Shown here: piece after piece, positions 9,813 to 19,389 of the stretch | Layout of the letters: the number at the start of each line of letters is the position of its first letter | How positions within the stretch are numbered: the first letter of the stretch is position 1 | Source of the DNA: an uncultured Alphaproteobacteria bacterium | GTDB taxonomy: Bacteria > Pseudomonadota > Alphaproteobacteria > CAAHEQ01 > UBA3637 | Direction: 5' to 3' | Assembly (NCBI GenBank): GCA_947627155.1 | Contig: CANQUX010000004.1 | Location: 22,889 to 86,888 of the forward strand | DNA: 64,000 bases | Position numbers and translations under genes: made by a program | The notes under the pieces: generated by a model | Databases searched by the model: none | Seen by the model: only the letters and a program-made list of their open reading frames with translations | Told to the model about the DNA's origin: nothing

Positions 9813-10424
9813 ATGCTTTCATTATTACAACAATTTGAATTTCAGGCTTTTTTAAGTGCTTTTTTGGTTTTGTTTGCGGCTATTGATGCGGTCGGCTCCA
9901 TTCCCGTTATATTAAGAGCCAAGTCTATGGGGCGAATTGTTAATCCCAAAACGGGTGCTATTTATTCCACGCTGATGATGTTCGGTTTTTTCTATATCGG
10001 AGAAGCTTTTTTGTCTTTGTTCGGATTAGATATTTCCACGTTTGCCATCGGCGGATCGATTATTATTTTCCTGTTCGGTTTGGAAATGATTTTAAATGTG
10101 GAAATATTTAAATCATCCGATGCCGAAAGCGGACGTGATGTCACTTTAATTCCGATTACGTTTCCGTTGTTAACCGGTGCCGGTGTTTTAACAACATTAT
10201 TGACCATTCGGGCGCAATTCGGTGATTTAAACGTGTTATTGGCTGCTATTTGCAATGTGTTTATTATTTGGTTTGTCATGCGGTTTGTGGAAAAGATAGA
10301 GCAGGTATTGGGGCGCAGTATTATTTATATGCTTCAAAAACTGTTCGGTATTATTTTGTTGGCAATTGCTTTTAAAGTTTTTATTACAAACGTGACATTG
10401 GTTGTTGAAAAAGCCGGTATGTAA
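9813..10424 (+). CDS. MarC family (UPF0056) integral membrane protein.
   Basis: The N-terminus 'LFAAIDAVGSIPVIL' matches the MarC signature 'F.I.NP.G.IP.FL'. There are six hydrophobic segments in ~200 aa. The start was chosen at the second ATG for RBS spacing. Confidence 0.6.
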   Translation: MLSLLQQFEFQAFLSAFLVLFAAIDAVGSIPVILRAKSMGRIVNPKTGAIYSTLMMFGFFYIGEAFLSLFGLDISTFAIGGSIIIFLFGLEMILNVEIFKSSDAESGRDVTLIPITFPLLTGAGVLTTLLTIRAQFGDLNVLLAAICNVFIIWFVMRFVEKIEQVLGRSIIYMLQKLFGIILLAIAFKVFITNVTLVVEKAGM

Positions 10425-10447
10425 TTTTTTAAAAATTAACCAAAAAA

Positions 10448-10476
10448 AAGCACTCGATTGACGGGTGCTTTTTTAT
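10448..10476. terminator. Intrinsic terminator between the convergent MarC-family gene and the lipoprotein gene.
   Basis: Stem AAGCAC/GTGCTT with an 11 nt loop, followed by TTTTTT and preceded by an A-run on the other strand, so it could act bidirectionally. Confidence 0.5.
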
Positions 10477-10495
10477 AGGATGAAAATGAAAAGTT

Positions 10496-10876
10496 TTAAA
10501 GAGCCGTGCAATTGTTTCCTTCAAATCGCCAAGAGGTAATAATGCCGTCTTCAACTTTGAAAAGCGTTGTACAAGTTTGCGTGACCAATCCTTGCGGGGA
10601 TTGATAGAAGGCATGTTCCTTGGCAATGCGGGGCATTCTGTCAATAGCAGCGCCGTTTGATGCTTCTTTGACATCGGATTTTATATATAAAACATAATTT
10701 GTGTTTGCTTTCCAATAATCGTGTTGCGGTTCGCCCCAAACGGCATATAAGGCGCTTTTTTCCTGACCGAGCCATTCGTTTAATAAAGCGCGGTAACCGT
10801 CTTCCGTGGGTTGCGGTGCCGTATTTGATTGACAGGCCGATAAAAACACAAGAGCGGCAATTAAAAACTTTTTCAT
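10496..10876 (-). CDS. Hypothetical lipoprotein.
   Basis: Signal peptide 'MKKFLIAALVFLSAC' with a lipobox. 126 aa with no recognisable motifs. Confidence 0.55.
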   Translation of the reverse strand: MKKFLIAALVFLSACQSNTAPQPTEDGYRALLNEWLGQEKSALYAVWGEPQHDYWKANTNYVLYIKSDVKEASNGAAIDRMPRIAKEHAFYQSPQGLVTQTCTTLFKVEDGIITSWRFEGNNCTAL

Positions 10877-11010
10877 CCCATTTTCCTTCGGTTAAATGTA
10901 AAAACATTATAACATATTTTATGAAATCGTCAATCATTTTGTTTCTTGAAAGATATTTATTGCTTTTTTTTAAAAAAACATTTATTTTAATAAAAAATAA
11001 GGAGGAAAAA

Positions 11011-11376
11011 ATGAAATATTTATTTGCTTTGATAAGTGTTTTTTTATCATTTAGCGGCTGTTATGCCGAATCATTTACCGGACAGACTTATCAATTAACA
11101 AATGCGCCGATGCCCGTTACGTTGGCGTTTGACGCAGAAGGCAATCGATATCACGGACGGGCATTGAATAATTATTTCGGTACTTATGATGTAAACGGGC
11201 AACAAATTAAGTTTAATTTGGGCGGCTCTACCATGATGGCCGGCGCGCCCGAAGAAATGCAGGCGGAAAGAGATTATTATACGGTTCTTGACAAAGTCGC
11301 GGAATATCAGTTGCAGTCAAATCAGCTGATTTTAATCACAAGCGACGGGCAAAAATTGATTTTTGAAAAGAAATAA
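11011..11376 (+). CDS. Secreted META/HslJ-like domain protein.
   Basis: RBS AAGGAGG 7 nt before the ATG at 11011. The ORF-track start at 10699 lacks an RBS and reads through the promoter region. Signal peptide 'MKYLFALISVFLSFSGCYA'. The pattern 'YHGRALNNYFGTYDV ... TMMAG ... LILITSDGQKLIFEK' fits the META (DUF306) domain. Confidence 0.5.
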   Translation: MKYLFALISVFLSFSGCYAESFTGQTYQLTNAPMPVTLAFDAEGNRYHGRALNNYFGTYDVNGQQIKFNLGGSTMMAGAPEEMQAERDYYTVLDKVAEYQLQSNQLILITSDGQKLIFEKK

Positions 11377-11397
11377 AAAAAGATTGTTTGAAAAAAG

Positions 11398-11427
11398 CGT
11401 CTGCTTGAAAAAAAGCAGGCGTTTTTT
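11398..11427 (+). terminator. Intrinsic terminator.
   Basis: Stem CGTCTGC/GCAGGCG (7 bp with one G-U pair), loop TTGAAAAAAA, then TTTTTT. Confidence 0.6.
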
Positions 11428-11505
11428 ATTTTGAAAAAATTTTTGAATGCCTCTTGAAATTAAACAAGGCACAACACACCTATATATGCAAAGGAGAAAA
11501 AAACA

Positions 11506-14022
11506 ATGCAGGAAAATTTAACGGAAAAATCACAAGGATTTATACAAAGTGCACAGTCGCTGGCCGTTCGAAACGGTAACCAGTTTTTAATGCCGGTTCA
11601 TTTATTGAAAGTGTTGTTAGATGATAAGGAGGGACAGGCCTCAACATTACTGATGTCGGCTGGTGTTGACGTAAATGCTTTGCGTGAACGGGTGAATGAA
11701 GAAGTAACGGCATTACCGCGCGTGTCGGGAAGCGGTGTGCAAACGGCGGCTGCGCAAGATTTTTTGAAAGTGTTGGATATGGCCGAACAAATGGCGCAAA
11801 AGGCCAAAGATTCCTATGTAACGACGGAACGTTTGTTGCAGGCGCTGATTGTTTTTAAATCATACGGCGTTGATGAGAAAAAATTAAATGCCGTTATTAA
11901 TGAAATGCGGCAGGGACGAACGGCTCAATCGCCCACGGCGGAAGATAATTTTGAAGCGCTTCAAAAATATGCCACGGATTATACCAAACGCGCGGCGGAG
12001 GGTAAGTTAGATCCGGTTATCGGTCGTGATGAAGAAATTCGGCGGACAATTCAAGTTTTATCGCGACGCACGAAAAATAATCCGATTCTGATCGGAGAAC
12101 CGGGCGTCGGTAAAACGGCCATTGTGGAAGGATTGGCGTTGCGCATTGTCAATAAAGATATGCCGGAAGCGTTAATGCATAAAAAACTGATGGCGTTGGA
12201 TATGGGGGCGCTTATTGCGGGTGCCAAATATCGGGGCGAGTTTGAAGAGCGCTTGAAAGCCGTGTTGGAGGAGGTAGCGGCATCGAACGGCGGCATTATT
12301 CTTTTCATCGATGAAATGCATACCGTGGTGGGTGCCGGTGCAACGGGCGGTTCAATGGATGCCTCCAATTTATTGAAGCCGGCGTTGGCGCGCGGAGAGT
12401 TGCATTGCGTAGGGGCAACCACGTTGAAGGAATATCAAAAATATATTGAAAAAGATGCCGCTTTTGCAAGGCGGTTTCAACCCGTTTATGTGGGCGAACC
12501 GCAAATTGAAGAAACGGTTTCCATTTTACGGGGATTGAAAGAGAAATATGAATTGCATCACGGTGTCAGAATTGCCGATGCGGCGTTGGTTTCGGCAGCG
12601 GTTTTATCCGATCGCTACATTACCGATCGCTTTTTACCCGATAAAGCTATTGACTTAATCGATGAGGCGGCAAGTAAACTGCGTCTTTCCATTGATTCGA
12701 AACCCGAGCATTTAGATGAAATCGATCGCCATTTGTTGCAGCTTAAAATTGAACGGGAGGCTTTGAAAAAAGAAACGGATTCGGCTTCTCACGAACGGTT
12801 GCAAAAAATTGAAGAGCAAATTCGAGCGTTGGAAAAAGAATCGCAAGAGGAAACAAATGTTTGGAATTTGCGCAAAAACAGTTTGCAGGAGGCCAATCGC
12901 ATTCGGGAAAGTTTGGATAGAGCCAAAACAGAGGTTGAAAAAGCCTTGCGTGACGGGGCTTATGAAAAAGCCGGTGAATTGCAATATAAAGAAATACCGG
13001 AAATGGAAAAACGGTTGGCGGCGCTGGACAGGCAAAATCAAAACTTGCCCTCTCTTGAAATCGTTACGCCGGATATTGTGGCATCTGTCGTGTCAAAATG
13101 GACAGGCATTCCAACCCAAAAACTGATGGGCAGCGAGCGCGAAAAACTCTTGCATTTGGAGGAAGAAATTGCCAAACGGGTTATCGGGCAGGAAAAAGCC
13201 GTCAAGGCGGTGGCCGATGCCGTTCGGCGTTCACGCGCCGGCTTGAACGATCCGAATCGCCCCATCGGTTCCTTTTTGTTTTTAGGCCCCACGGGGGTGG
13301 GTAAAACAGAGCTGGCAAAAGCGTTGGCAGCGTTTTTGTTCGATGAAGAAGCAGCCTATTTGCGTATTGATATGTCGGAATATATGGAAAAGCATGCCGT
13401 GGCTCGTTTAATCGGCGCGCCGCCGGGCTATGTGGGCTATGACGAAGGCGGTGTTTTAACCGAGGCTGTTCGCCGGCGTCCGTATCAGGTGATTTTGTTT
13501 GATGAAGTGGAAAAAGCGCACCCTGATGTTTTTAACGTTTTGTTGCAGGTGCTTGATGACGGGCGTTTAACTGACGGACAAGGGCGCACGGTTGACTTTA
13601 AAAACACGTTTTTAATTATGACATCTAACTTAATATCGGGCGGAAACGAAAAGGAGATATTGCCGAAACTCAAAAGTTTCTTTAAACCCGAGTTTATCAA
13701 TCGATTAGATGAAATTATCGTGTTTCGGGCACTTCAAAAAGAAGATATTCGAAAAATTGTCGATATTCAAATTCATCGACTTCAGGAGCGGTTGAAAGAT
13801 CACAAAATAGAACTTAAATTAGATGATGCGGCAAAAGATTGGTTGGCCGAAAACGGTTATGATACCGAATTCGGCGCCCGGCCGTTGAAACGGTTGATTC
13901 AACAAGAGGTTGAAAATCCGCTTGCAACGGCACTTTTGGAAGGCCGCGTGAAAGACTGTTCCGTTGCAAAATTGTTTGTCAAAGGTGATAAACTGGAAAT
14001 TGCAGACGAAACAGACAAATAA
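11506..14022 (+). CDS. clpB: ATP-dependent chaperone ClpB.
   Basis: 838 aa with an N-domain, two AAA+ modules ('[15 protein letters not shown]' and '[15 protein letters not shown]') and a middle coiled-coil. The N-terminus '[14 protein letters not shown]' resembles alphaproteobacterial ClpB. Confidence 0.95.
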   Translation: MQENLTEKSQGFIQSAQSLAVRNGNQFLMPVHLLKVLLDDKEGQASTLLMSAGVDVNALRERVNEEVTALPRVSGSGVQTAAAQDFLKVLDMAEQMAQKAKDSYVTTERLLQALIVFKSYGVDEKKLNAVINEMRQGRTAQSPTAEDNFEALQKYATDYTKRAAEGKLDPVIGRDEEIRRTIQVLSRRTKNNPILIGEPGVGKTAIVEGLALRIVNKDMPEALMHKKLMALDMGALIAGAKYRGEFEERLKAVLEEVAASNGGIILFIDEMHTVVGAGATGGSMDASNLLKPALARGELHCVGATTLKEYQKYIEKDAAFARRFQPVYVGEPQIEETVSILRGLKEKYELHHGVRIADAALVSAAVLSDRYITDRFLPDKAIDLIDEAASKLRLSIDSKPEHLDEIDRHLLQLKIEREALKKETDSASHERLQKIEEQIRALEKESQEETNVWNLRKNSLQEANRIRESLDRAKTEVEKALRDGAYEKAGELQYKEIPEMEKRLAALDRQNQNLPSLEIVTPDIVASVVSKWTGIPTQKLMGSEREKLLHLEEEIAKRVIGQEKAVKAVADAVRRSRAGLNDPNRPIGSFLFLGPTGVGKTELAKALAAFLFDEEAAYLRIDMSEYMEKHAVARLIGAPPGYVGYDEGGVLTEAVRRRPYQVILFDEVEKAHPDVFNVLLQVLDDGRLTDGQGRTVDFKNTFLIMTSNLISGGNEKEILPKLKSFFKPEFINRLDEIIVFRALQKEDIRKIVDIQIHRLQERLKDHKIELKLDDAAKDWLAENGYDTEFGARPLKRLIQQEVENPLATALLEGRVKDCSVAKLFVKGDKLEIADETDK

Positions 14023-14044
14023 AAAGGCACTCCCGTCCTTTTTT

Positions 14045-14080
14045 CGGCAGATGATTCAATGGAATTGTCTGCCGTTTTTT
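14045..14080 (+). terminator. Intrinsic terminator after clpB.
   Basis: Stem CGGCAGA/TCTGCCG with a 16 nt loop, followed by TTTTTT. Confidence 0.65.
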
Positions 14081-14185
14081 GAAACTGCCTTTCCGGTTTG
14101 ATTGCTCTTCATGAGTGCCGAAAAGCTTTTTATTGACTTATTTAAAAAAAAATGATATAAAAAATAATTAAATAAGGAATATAAA

Positions 14186-14890
14186 ATGCGTTTTATAAAA
14201 AAATTTTTTTCAAAAGATTTAAATAAAGCTTTTGTACGGGCTTTTGAAAAAGGCTTCTATCAAAAGGCATTGCATTATGCGCAAAAAGGCGCCAATCCCA
14301 ATGCCAAAAATTTTGAAGGAAACACTTTTTTGCATTACTATGTTGCGGCTTATGTTCATGTGCCGGCACGTGAGTTGAAGGCGTTTCATTTACCCCCGGA
14401 ACCCGATGAAAACGTATTGGCGCAAATGAAAGAATTAGGCGCCGATATGGATTGTTTAAATCGTTATAAGCAAACACCGTTGGAAATGGCATTGGAAAAA
14501 GATGATCCGTTTATGGTTTCCGTTTTAATTCGAGCGGGTGCTGATAAAGAACATCGCAATAAAAACGGATTAACGCCGTTGCAAAATGCCGTTTATCACG
14601 GAATGGGTCGTTGTATGCGCATTTTGGTGCGTATGGGTGCCGATATTGAAGCAGAATTAACAACAGCCTCTTCTTTAACGCATTTGGCGGAAAAAGGAAA
14701 AGAAGTTTTCGGCAAGTTTGCACATACGAATTTTGAAAGAGTTGACATGATTTTGCAAGAATTGAAAGAAAAGGGATTTAACGTTGATAAAACGCCGAAG
14801 CCGAAAGAAATAACGGGCTTAGCCATTGTTGAACCCGCTTTCGATATTCAAGTGATTAAAAATTTGCAAAATCAAAATACACGTTCTTAA
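14186..14890 (+). CDS. Ankyrin-repeat protein.
   Basis: Ankyrin units of the 'G.TPLH.A...G' type are visible: 'NGLTPLQNAVYHGMGRCMRILVRMGADIE' and 'YKQTPLEMALEKDDPFMVSVLIRAGAD'. Confidence 0.8.
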   Translation: MRFIKKFFSKDLNKAFVRAFEKGFYQKALHYAQKGANPNAKNFEGNTFLHYYVAAYVHVPARELKAFHLPPEPDENVLAQMKELGADMDCLNRYKQTPLEMALEKDDPFMVSVLIRAGADKEHRNKNGLTPLQNAVYHGMGRCMRILVRMGADIEAELTTASSLTHLAEKGKEVFGKFAHTNFERVDMILQELKEKGFNVDKTPKPKEITGLAIVEPAFDIQVIKNLQNQNTRS

Positions 14891-14905
14891 ATAAAGGCAA
14901 AAATA

Positions 14906-15556
14906 ATGAATGATTTTTTAAACAGTAACAGATTATTGAGTGAATCAATATGCTCTGATGATATTGTCGGTGTTCGAACGGCATTAGACAGAGGAGCTCA
15001 TTTGTCGGGAGTTGTTTTATTGGATGATAATATGCATACCGTGGAATGTGCCGTGTTAAATTTGCCGTTAAATCAAGCTTTTAATGAAAAAGTTTCCGAT
15101 GAAATTATCACGCTTTTAAAAAAAGCGGGTGCCGGTTGTGAAATTCCCAATATTTACAGATGTTCGGCACTTTATTTTGCATCGGCAAACGGGTTTTGTG
15201 CTTTGGCGCAAAAACTTGTTCAGGAGGGCAGTAAAATTGATGCGCGTAATTTGTTCGGTGAAACCCCGCTGCATGTGGCCATTCGGTCAGGACAACAAAA
15301 AATGGTTCAACTGTTGTGTGAAATGGGAGCCAATATATTTTTATCCGATAAAAGCGGGCGAACACCGCTTAAATTGATTGCTTTACTTAAAGAATCAAGA
15401 AAATACGGTCGCAAAAATATCAGCCGGCAACAGCTTGATGAAATGTATCGCATTTTAATCAATTCCAAGCAAATGCAAAAAGTTGAACCTGTTCGAATTT
15501 CTTCTCAAAAACCGAAAATTTTGCTTCGTTTTCAAAAAGAAAGGGTTTATGCATGA
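14906..15556 (+). CDS. Ankyrin-repeat protein.
   Basis: 'FGETPLHVAIRSGQQKMVQLLCEMGANI' and 'SGRTPLKLIA' are ankyrin units. It overlaps the next gene by 4 nt. Confidence 0.8.
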   Translation: MNDFLNSNRLLSESICSDDIVGVRTALDRGAHLSGVVLLDDNMHTVECAVLNLPLNQAFNEKVSDEIITLLKKAGAGCEIPNIYRCSALYFASANGFCALAQKLVQEGSKIDARNLFGETPLHVAIRSGQQKMVQLLCEMGANIFLSDKSGRTPLKLIALLKESRKYGRKNISRQQLDEMYRILINSKQMQKVEPVRISSQKPKILLRFQKERVYA

Positions 15557-16578
15557 CAGAGAGTGAAGAGAGCGTGGAATCACAGGTGCGGAAAAATAAG
15601 CAGGAAGAAAAAATTTTTGTCATTAAACGACTGTTCCTGTCTTATTTGATTCAACAATTTAAAAAATCGCATCCGGAACATTTTTCGCATAAAGTCTTTG
15701 CCGATTATTATCAAAAACTGGTTGAAACAGAGCAATTGCAAGAGCAGTTTATGCTTTTTATTGACGAAAAAACAGAAAAAAAGGTTCAGGAAAAACCATC
15801 GTTTTTGCAAAAAGGCAAAACGTTTCTTACAAATTTATTCCGCAAAAAAACACCGGCGGATTATCAAAAAATAATTGCCGATCGGTTATATGATGAGTAT
15901 CTTAAAAACATTCTTTTGAAAAAGCCGATATCGACGAATGCGGTTTATTCCCTGCTTGAAAAATGCGACACAACGGAGTTTTATATCAAATCACCTTATA
16001 CGGTTTTCGGAGATTTGACGCCGTTAACTTTTGCTTGCAAGGTTAATGATTCGAGCTTGGTTCATAAGCTTCAAAGATTAAATGCCGATGTGAATTTTCC
16101 CGACAGTGATTTAAATTTACCGCTTCATTTATCGGTGCAATGGGGGCGTTATGAAATTGTTCAATCCTTACTGATGAGTGATGAAATTGATAAAGAGTGT
16201 CCGGATTATAAAACCGGCAGAACGCCTTTACAGGAGGCTGCTTTTTGCGGATATGCCGATATGATGGGATTGTTGCTGATGAACGGTGCGCGGTTTGAAG
16301 ATCCCGAAAAATTAGCGGCTTTGGCTCGAAAAGGAAAAATGTATCGGATGTCAACGGATAAGAAAGAAGATTTTGAAAAAAGAAATTTTGAAAATGTTTT
16401 GGAAATGATTCACTATTATGCCGATCAAAAAAATGAAAAACATCAATCGGCCGAAATGACCGAAAAAACAGAAACAATCTCTATGCAAAATAAACCCGTT
16501 AAAATTATGTCGGATCAGCACCTAAATCAACTCATACGAACGGGGTTAGGCTTCAATTTATCGCGGGAGCATACTTAA
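15553..16578 (+). CDS. Ankyrin-repeat protein.
   Basis: 'DLNLPLHLSVQWGRYEIVQSLLMS' and 'TGRTPLQEAAFCGYADMMGLLLMNGA' are ankyrin units. It is the third gene of a tandem ankyrin trio. Confidence 0.75.
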   Translation: MTESEESVESQVRKNKQEEKIFVIKRLFLSYLIQQFKKSHPEHFSHKVFADYYQKLVETEQLQEQFMLFIDEKTEKKVQEKPSFLQKGKTFLTNLFRKKTPADYQKIIADRLYDEYLKNILLKKPISTNAVYSLLEKCDTTEFYIKSPYTVFGDLTPLTFACKVNDSSLVHKLQRLNADVNFPDSDLNLPLHLSVQWGRYEIVQSLLMSDEIDKECPDYKTGRTPLQEAAFCGYADMMGLLLMNGARFEDPEKLAALARKGKMYRMSTDKKEDFEKRNFENVLEMIHYYADQKNEKHQSAEMTEKTETISMQNKPVKIMSDQHLNQLIRTGLGFNLSREHT

Positions 16579-16587
16579 AAGAAACGC

Positions 16588-17325
16588 TCATTCATATTGC
16601 ACGGAAACAAAATATAATCCGGCCGCGGGCGCTGTTTGTCCGCCGCAGGTTCTGTCTTTTTTCTCAAAGGCCGCTTGAAAATCGGATATGCTCCAACTGC
16701 CGTTGCCGACATTGATGAGCGTTCCGATAATGTTGCGTACCTGATGATGCAAAAACGATTTGGCTTTAATTGTCATGATAATTTCATCACCGTTGCGTTT
16801 GAGCTCAATAAAATCAAGTGTTTTAACGGGGGATTTTGCCTGACATTCCGATGCGCGAAACGTTGAAAAATCGTGTTTGCCGATTAACAGGGCGGCGGCT
16901 TTGTTCATTTGCGCCACATCAAGCTCTTTGGCATACCACCACACGCGATTTTTGTTCAATGCCGGCGGAAAACGGGTGTTTAAAATACGATAAATATAAG
17001 TGCGTTGTTTGGCACTGAATCGCGCATGAAACGAATCGGCAACCGACAATATTTCCCGCACACTGATCGGATAAGGACGCACCAAAGCATTTAGCGATTC
17101 GCGCAGTTTGAATAAATCAACGGATCGGGCATAGTCAAAATGCGCCGTTTGCCCCAGCGCATGCACGCCGGCATCGGTTCGCCCGCTTCCGAATAATTCA
17201 ATTTCCTGACGCAAGGCAATTTTTAAGGCTTTTTCCAAAACGCCTTGAACGGATAGCCCCGATTTTTGCCGTTGCCAGCCGACAAACGGTGTGCCGTCAT
17301 ATTCAATAATCAGTTTGTAGCGCAA
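16588..17325 (-). CDS. truA: tRNA pseudouridine(38-40) synthase TruA.
   Basis: 'MRYKLIIEYDGTPFVGWQRQ' and 'GSGRTDAGVHALGQ' (catalytic Asp motif). It is the last gene of a def-fmt-truA cluster. Confidence 0.9.
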   Translation of the reverse strand: MRYKLIIEYDGTPFVGWQRQKSGLSVQGVLEKALKIALRQEIELFGSGRTDAGVHALGQTAHFDYARSVDLFKLRESLNALVRPYPISVREILSVADSFHARFSAKQRTYIYRILNTRFPPALNKNRVWWYAKELDVAQMNKAAALLIGKHDFSTFRASECQAKSPVKTLDFIELKRNGDEIIMTIKAKSFLHHQVRNIIGTLINVGNGSWSISDFQAAFEKKDRTCGGQTAPAAGLYFVSVQYE

Positions 17326-18227
17326 AACTTCTCTCCGATTTTTAAAAAGGCACTTTGCATAAAATCAGCCGTTGAAAGCGCTTTTTTGCCGGCGCGTTGC
17401 AAAAAATCGATTTGCAAAACCGTGCCGTTCCCGCAGGCAATGTGTAAATTTGAATCTAAAATTGTGCCGGGCGTTTGATCGGTTGATAATGGCGTTGCGT
17501 GTGCTTTTAATATTTTAACGCGTTCGCCGTGATAAAAGGAAAAAGTAGCGGGATACGAATAAAATGCCATAATTTTATGTGCCAGTTGATCGGCAGAACA
17601 ATTCCAATCGAGTAACGATTCGTCTTTTTGAATTTTTTCGGCATAGGTAACGCCTTGTGCGGGTTGCGGTTGCGGTTGCGGGTTTTCTTCCAACGCTTTT
17701 AAAATCAGTTCGGCGCCCATGGCGCTTAATGCGTCATGCAGCGATTCGCCCGTTGTTTCGGGTGTGATCGGACAGCTTTTTTTCAGTAACATATCGCCCG
17801 TATCCAAGCCGATATCCATTTGCATAATCGTTACGCCCGATTCCGAATCGCCGGCTTCAACGGCGCGTTGAACGGGAGCAGCGCCGCGCCACCGCGGTAA
17901 TAACGAGGCGTGAATGTTTATGCAGCCCTTTCGCGGCGCGTTTAAAACGGCAGCCGGTAAAATAAGCCCGTAGGCGCAAACAACGGCCACATCGGCATTT
18001 AAAGCAGCAAACTTTTTTTGCTCTTCTTCATTTTTAAGCGATTTCGGCGTGTAAACGGGAATACCGAAACTTTCGGCTTTTTGATGAACGGGGGAGGGTG
18101 TTAAATGATAACCCTTGCCGGCAGGACGCGGCGGTTGCGTATAAACGGCAATAACCGTGTGTTTTGTTATCAGCGATTCTAAAACGGGAACCGCAAAATC
18201 GGGTGTTCCCATAAAAATAACTCTCAT
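17310..18227 (-). CDS. fmt: Methionyl-tRNA formyltransferase.
   Basis: 'MRVIFMGTPDFAVPVL' and 'NIHASLLPRWRGAAPVQRA' (formyltransferase SLLP motif). Directly downstream of def. Confidence 0.9.
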   Translation of the reverse strand: MRVIFMGTPDFAVPVLESLITKHTVIAVYTQPPRPAGKGYHLTPSPVHQKAESFGIPVYTPKSLKNEEEQKKFAALNADVAVVCAYGLILPAAVLNAPRKGCINIHASLLPRWRGAAPVQRAVEAGDSESGVTIMQMDIGLDTGDMLLKKSCPITPETTGESLHDALSAMGAELILKALEENPQPQPQPAQGVTYAEKIQKDESLLDWNCSADQLAHKIMAFYSYPATFSFYHGERVKILKAHATPLSTDQTPGTILDSNLHIACGNGTVLQIDFLQRAGKKALSTADFMQSAFLKIGEKFCATN

Positions 18228-18236
18228 TTTTTCTCC

Positions 18237-18755
18237 TTATTCTTCCGTTTCGCGCCGCCGGCGTTTTTCCAAATGTTTAACCAAGCGCGCGCGTTTGAGC
18301 GGTGAAAGATAATCAATAAATAAGCGTCCGTCCAAGTGATCGGTTTCGTGTTGAATGCAAACGGAAAGAAGCCCCGTTGCCGTTAACGTTTTTTCCTGCC
18401 CGTTTTCATCCAAATATTGAACGGTAACTTCCGCGTGACGTTCCACATCGGCATATTCCAGCGGAACGGATAAACACCCCTCGTTGTGACAAATCATTTC
18501 GGCCGATTTGTGAATAATTTTCGGATTGACCATTTGAATGGGGCAGGGATCTTCATCTTTTCCCGCGCAATCCATCACAACCAAGCGTTTTAAAAGACCC
18601 ACCTGATTACCCGCTAACCCGACGCCGTTCGAGGCATACATGGTTTCAAGCATATCGGCCAATGTTTGCCGAATTTCGGGGGTTACCGCTTCAACCGGAA
18701 GGGCTTTTTCGTGTAAAATCGGCGCCGGAATTTCAAAAACTTTTAACTTTGTCAT
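18237..18755 (-). CDS. def: Peptide deformylase.
   Basis: The three Def motifs are present: 'GVGLAGNQVG', 'EGCLSVP' and 'QHETDHLDG'. Confidence 0.9.
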   Translation of the reverse strand: MTKLKVFEIPAPILHEKALPVEAVTPEIRQTLADMLETMYASNGVGLAGNQVGLLKRLVVMDCAGKDEDPCPIQMVNPKIIHKSAEMICHNEGCLSVPLEYADVERHAEVTVQYLDENGQEKTLTATGLLSVCIQHETDHLDGRLFIDYLSPLKRARLVKHLEKRRRRETEE

Positions 18756-18820
18756 TTTTTCGTTTCCTTTCTTGTTTTTTTATTATATACTCTTTTTATC
18801 AATTTGCAAAGGAGTTTTTT

Positions 18821-19372
18821 ATGTTACGTCTTTTTGTCGGTTTGGATTTGCCCGAAGAAATCAAAGAAGAGCTTTATGCGTTAAGAGGCGGTTTGTTTGG
18901 TGCCCGATGGCATACAAAAGATCACTTGAATTTAAATTTACGCTTTATCGGCAATGTGGAAGAGCCTGTTGCCGCCGATATTTTAAAAGAATTGCGCTAT
19001 ATTCGCTTTCCGGCTTTTCATATGGCTTTTAAAGAGGTCGGCTATTTTGCCGTGGGAAATCAACCGCACCATATATGGACGGGTGTTGATGCACCGAAAC
19101 TCATCGGCGAGTTGCAGGAAAAAATTGATAAAGCCGTTATTCGCGCCGGCGGCGGCAATGCCGATAAATTTAAGTTCGTGCCGCATGTATCGTTGGCAAA
19201 ATTGCAGGGTACGTCCATGGATGAGGTGTTTGAATATATCGGACGCAACAATTTGTTTCACGGAAAATCGTTTTTGGTCGATTCGTTTTGTTTGTTTCAA
19301 AGTCATGCGCGGGAAAACGGTGAGGGCAAATATTATACGGTGGAAGAAACCTATCCGTTAAGTTTAATTTGA
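18821..19372 (+). CDS. thpR: RNA 2',3'-cyclic phosphodiesterase (2H family, ThpR/LigT-like).
   Basis: RBS AAAGGAG, then ATG at 18821. There are two H-x-T/S-x motifs: 'HLNLNLRFIG' and 'HVSLAK'. The ORF-track start at 18662 runs through the def promoter region. Confidence 0.7.
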   Translation: MLRLFVGLDLPEEIKEELYALRGGLFGARWHTKDHLNLNLRFIGNVEEPVAADILKELRYIRFPAFHMAFKEVGYFAVGNQPHHIWTGVDAPKLIGELQEKIDKAVIRAGGGNADKFKFVPHVSLAKLQGTSMDEVFEYIGRNNLFHGKSFLVDSFCLFQSHARENGEGKYYTVEETYPLSLI

Positions 19373-19389
19373 TTTGTGTGCTTTAAATT

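Noticed and set aside
10699-11010. The long 5' extension of the ORF-track call 10699-11376.
   Set aside because: The extension reads through an AT-rich promoter region on the frame of a convergent gene and has no RBS. A strong AAGGAGG-ATG at 11011 starts a canonical signal peptide.
12051-13292. Several 84-123 aa ORFs on both strands inside clpB.
   Set aside because: They lie within an unambiguous 838 aa ClpB ORF and are shadow ORFs.
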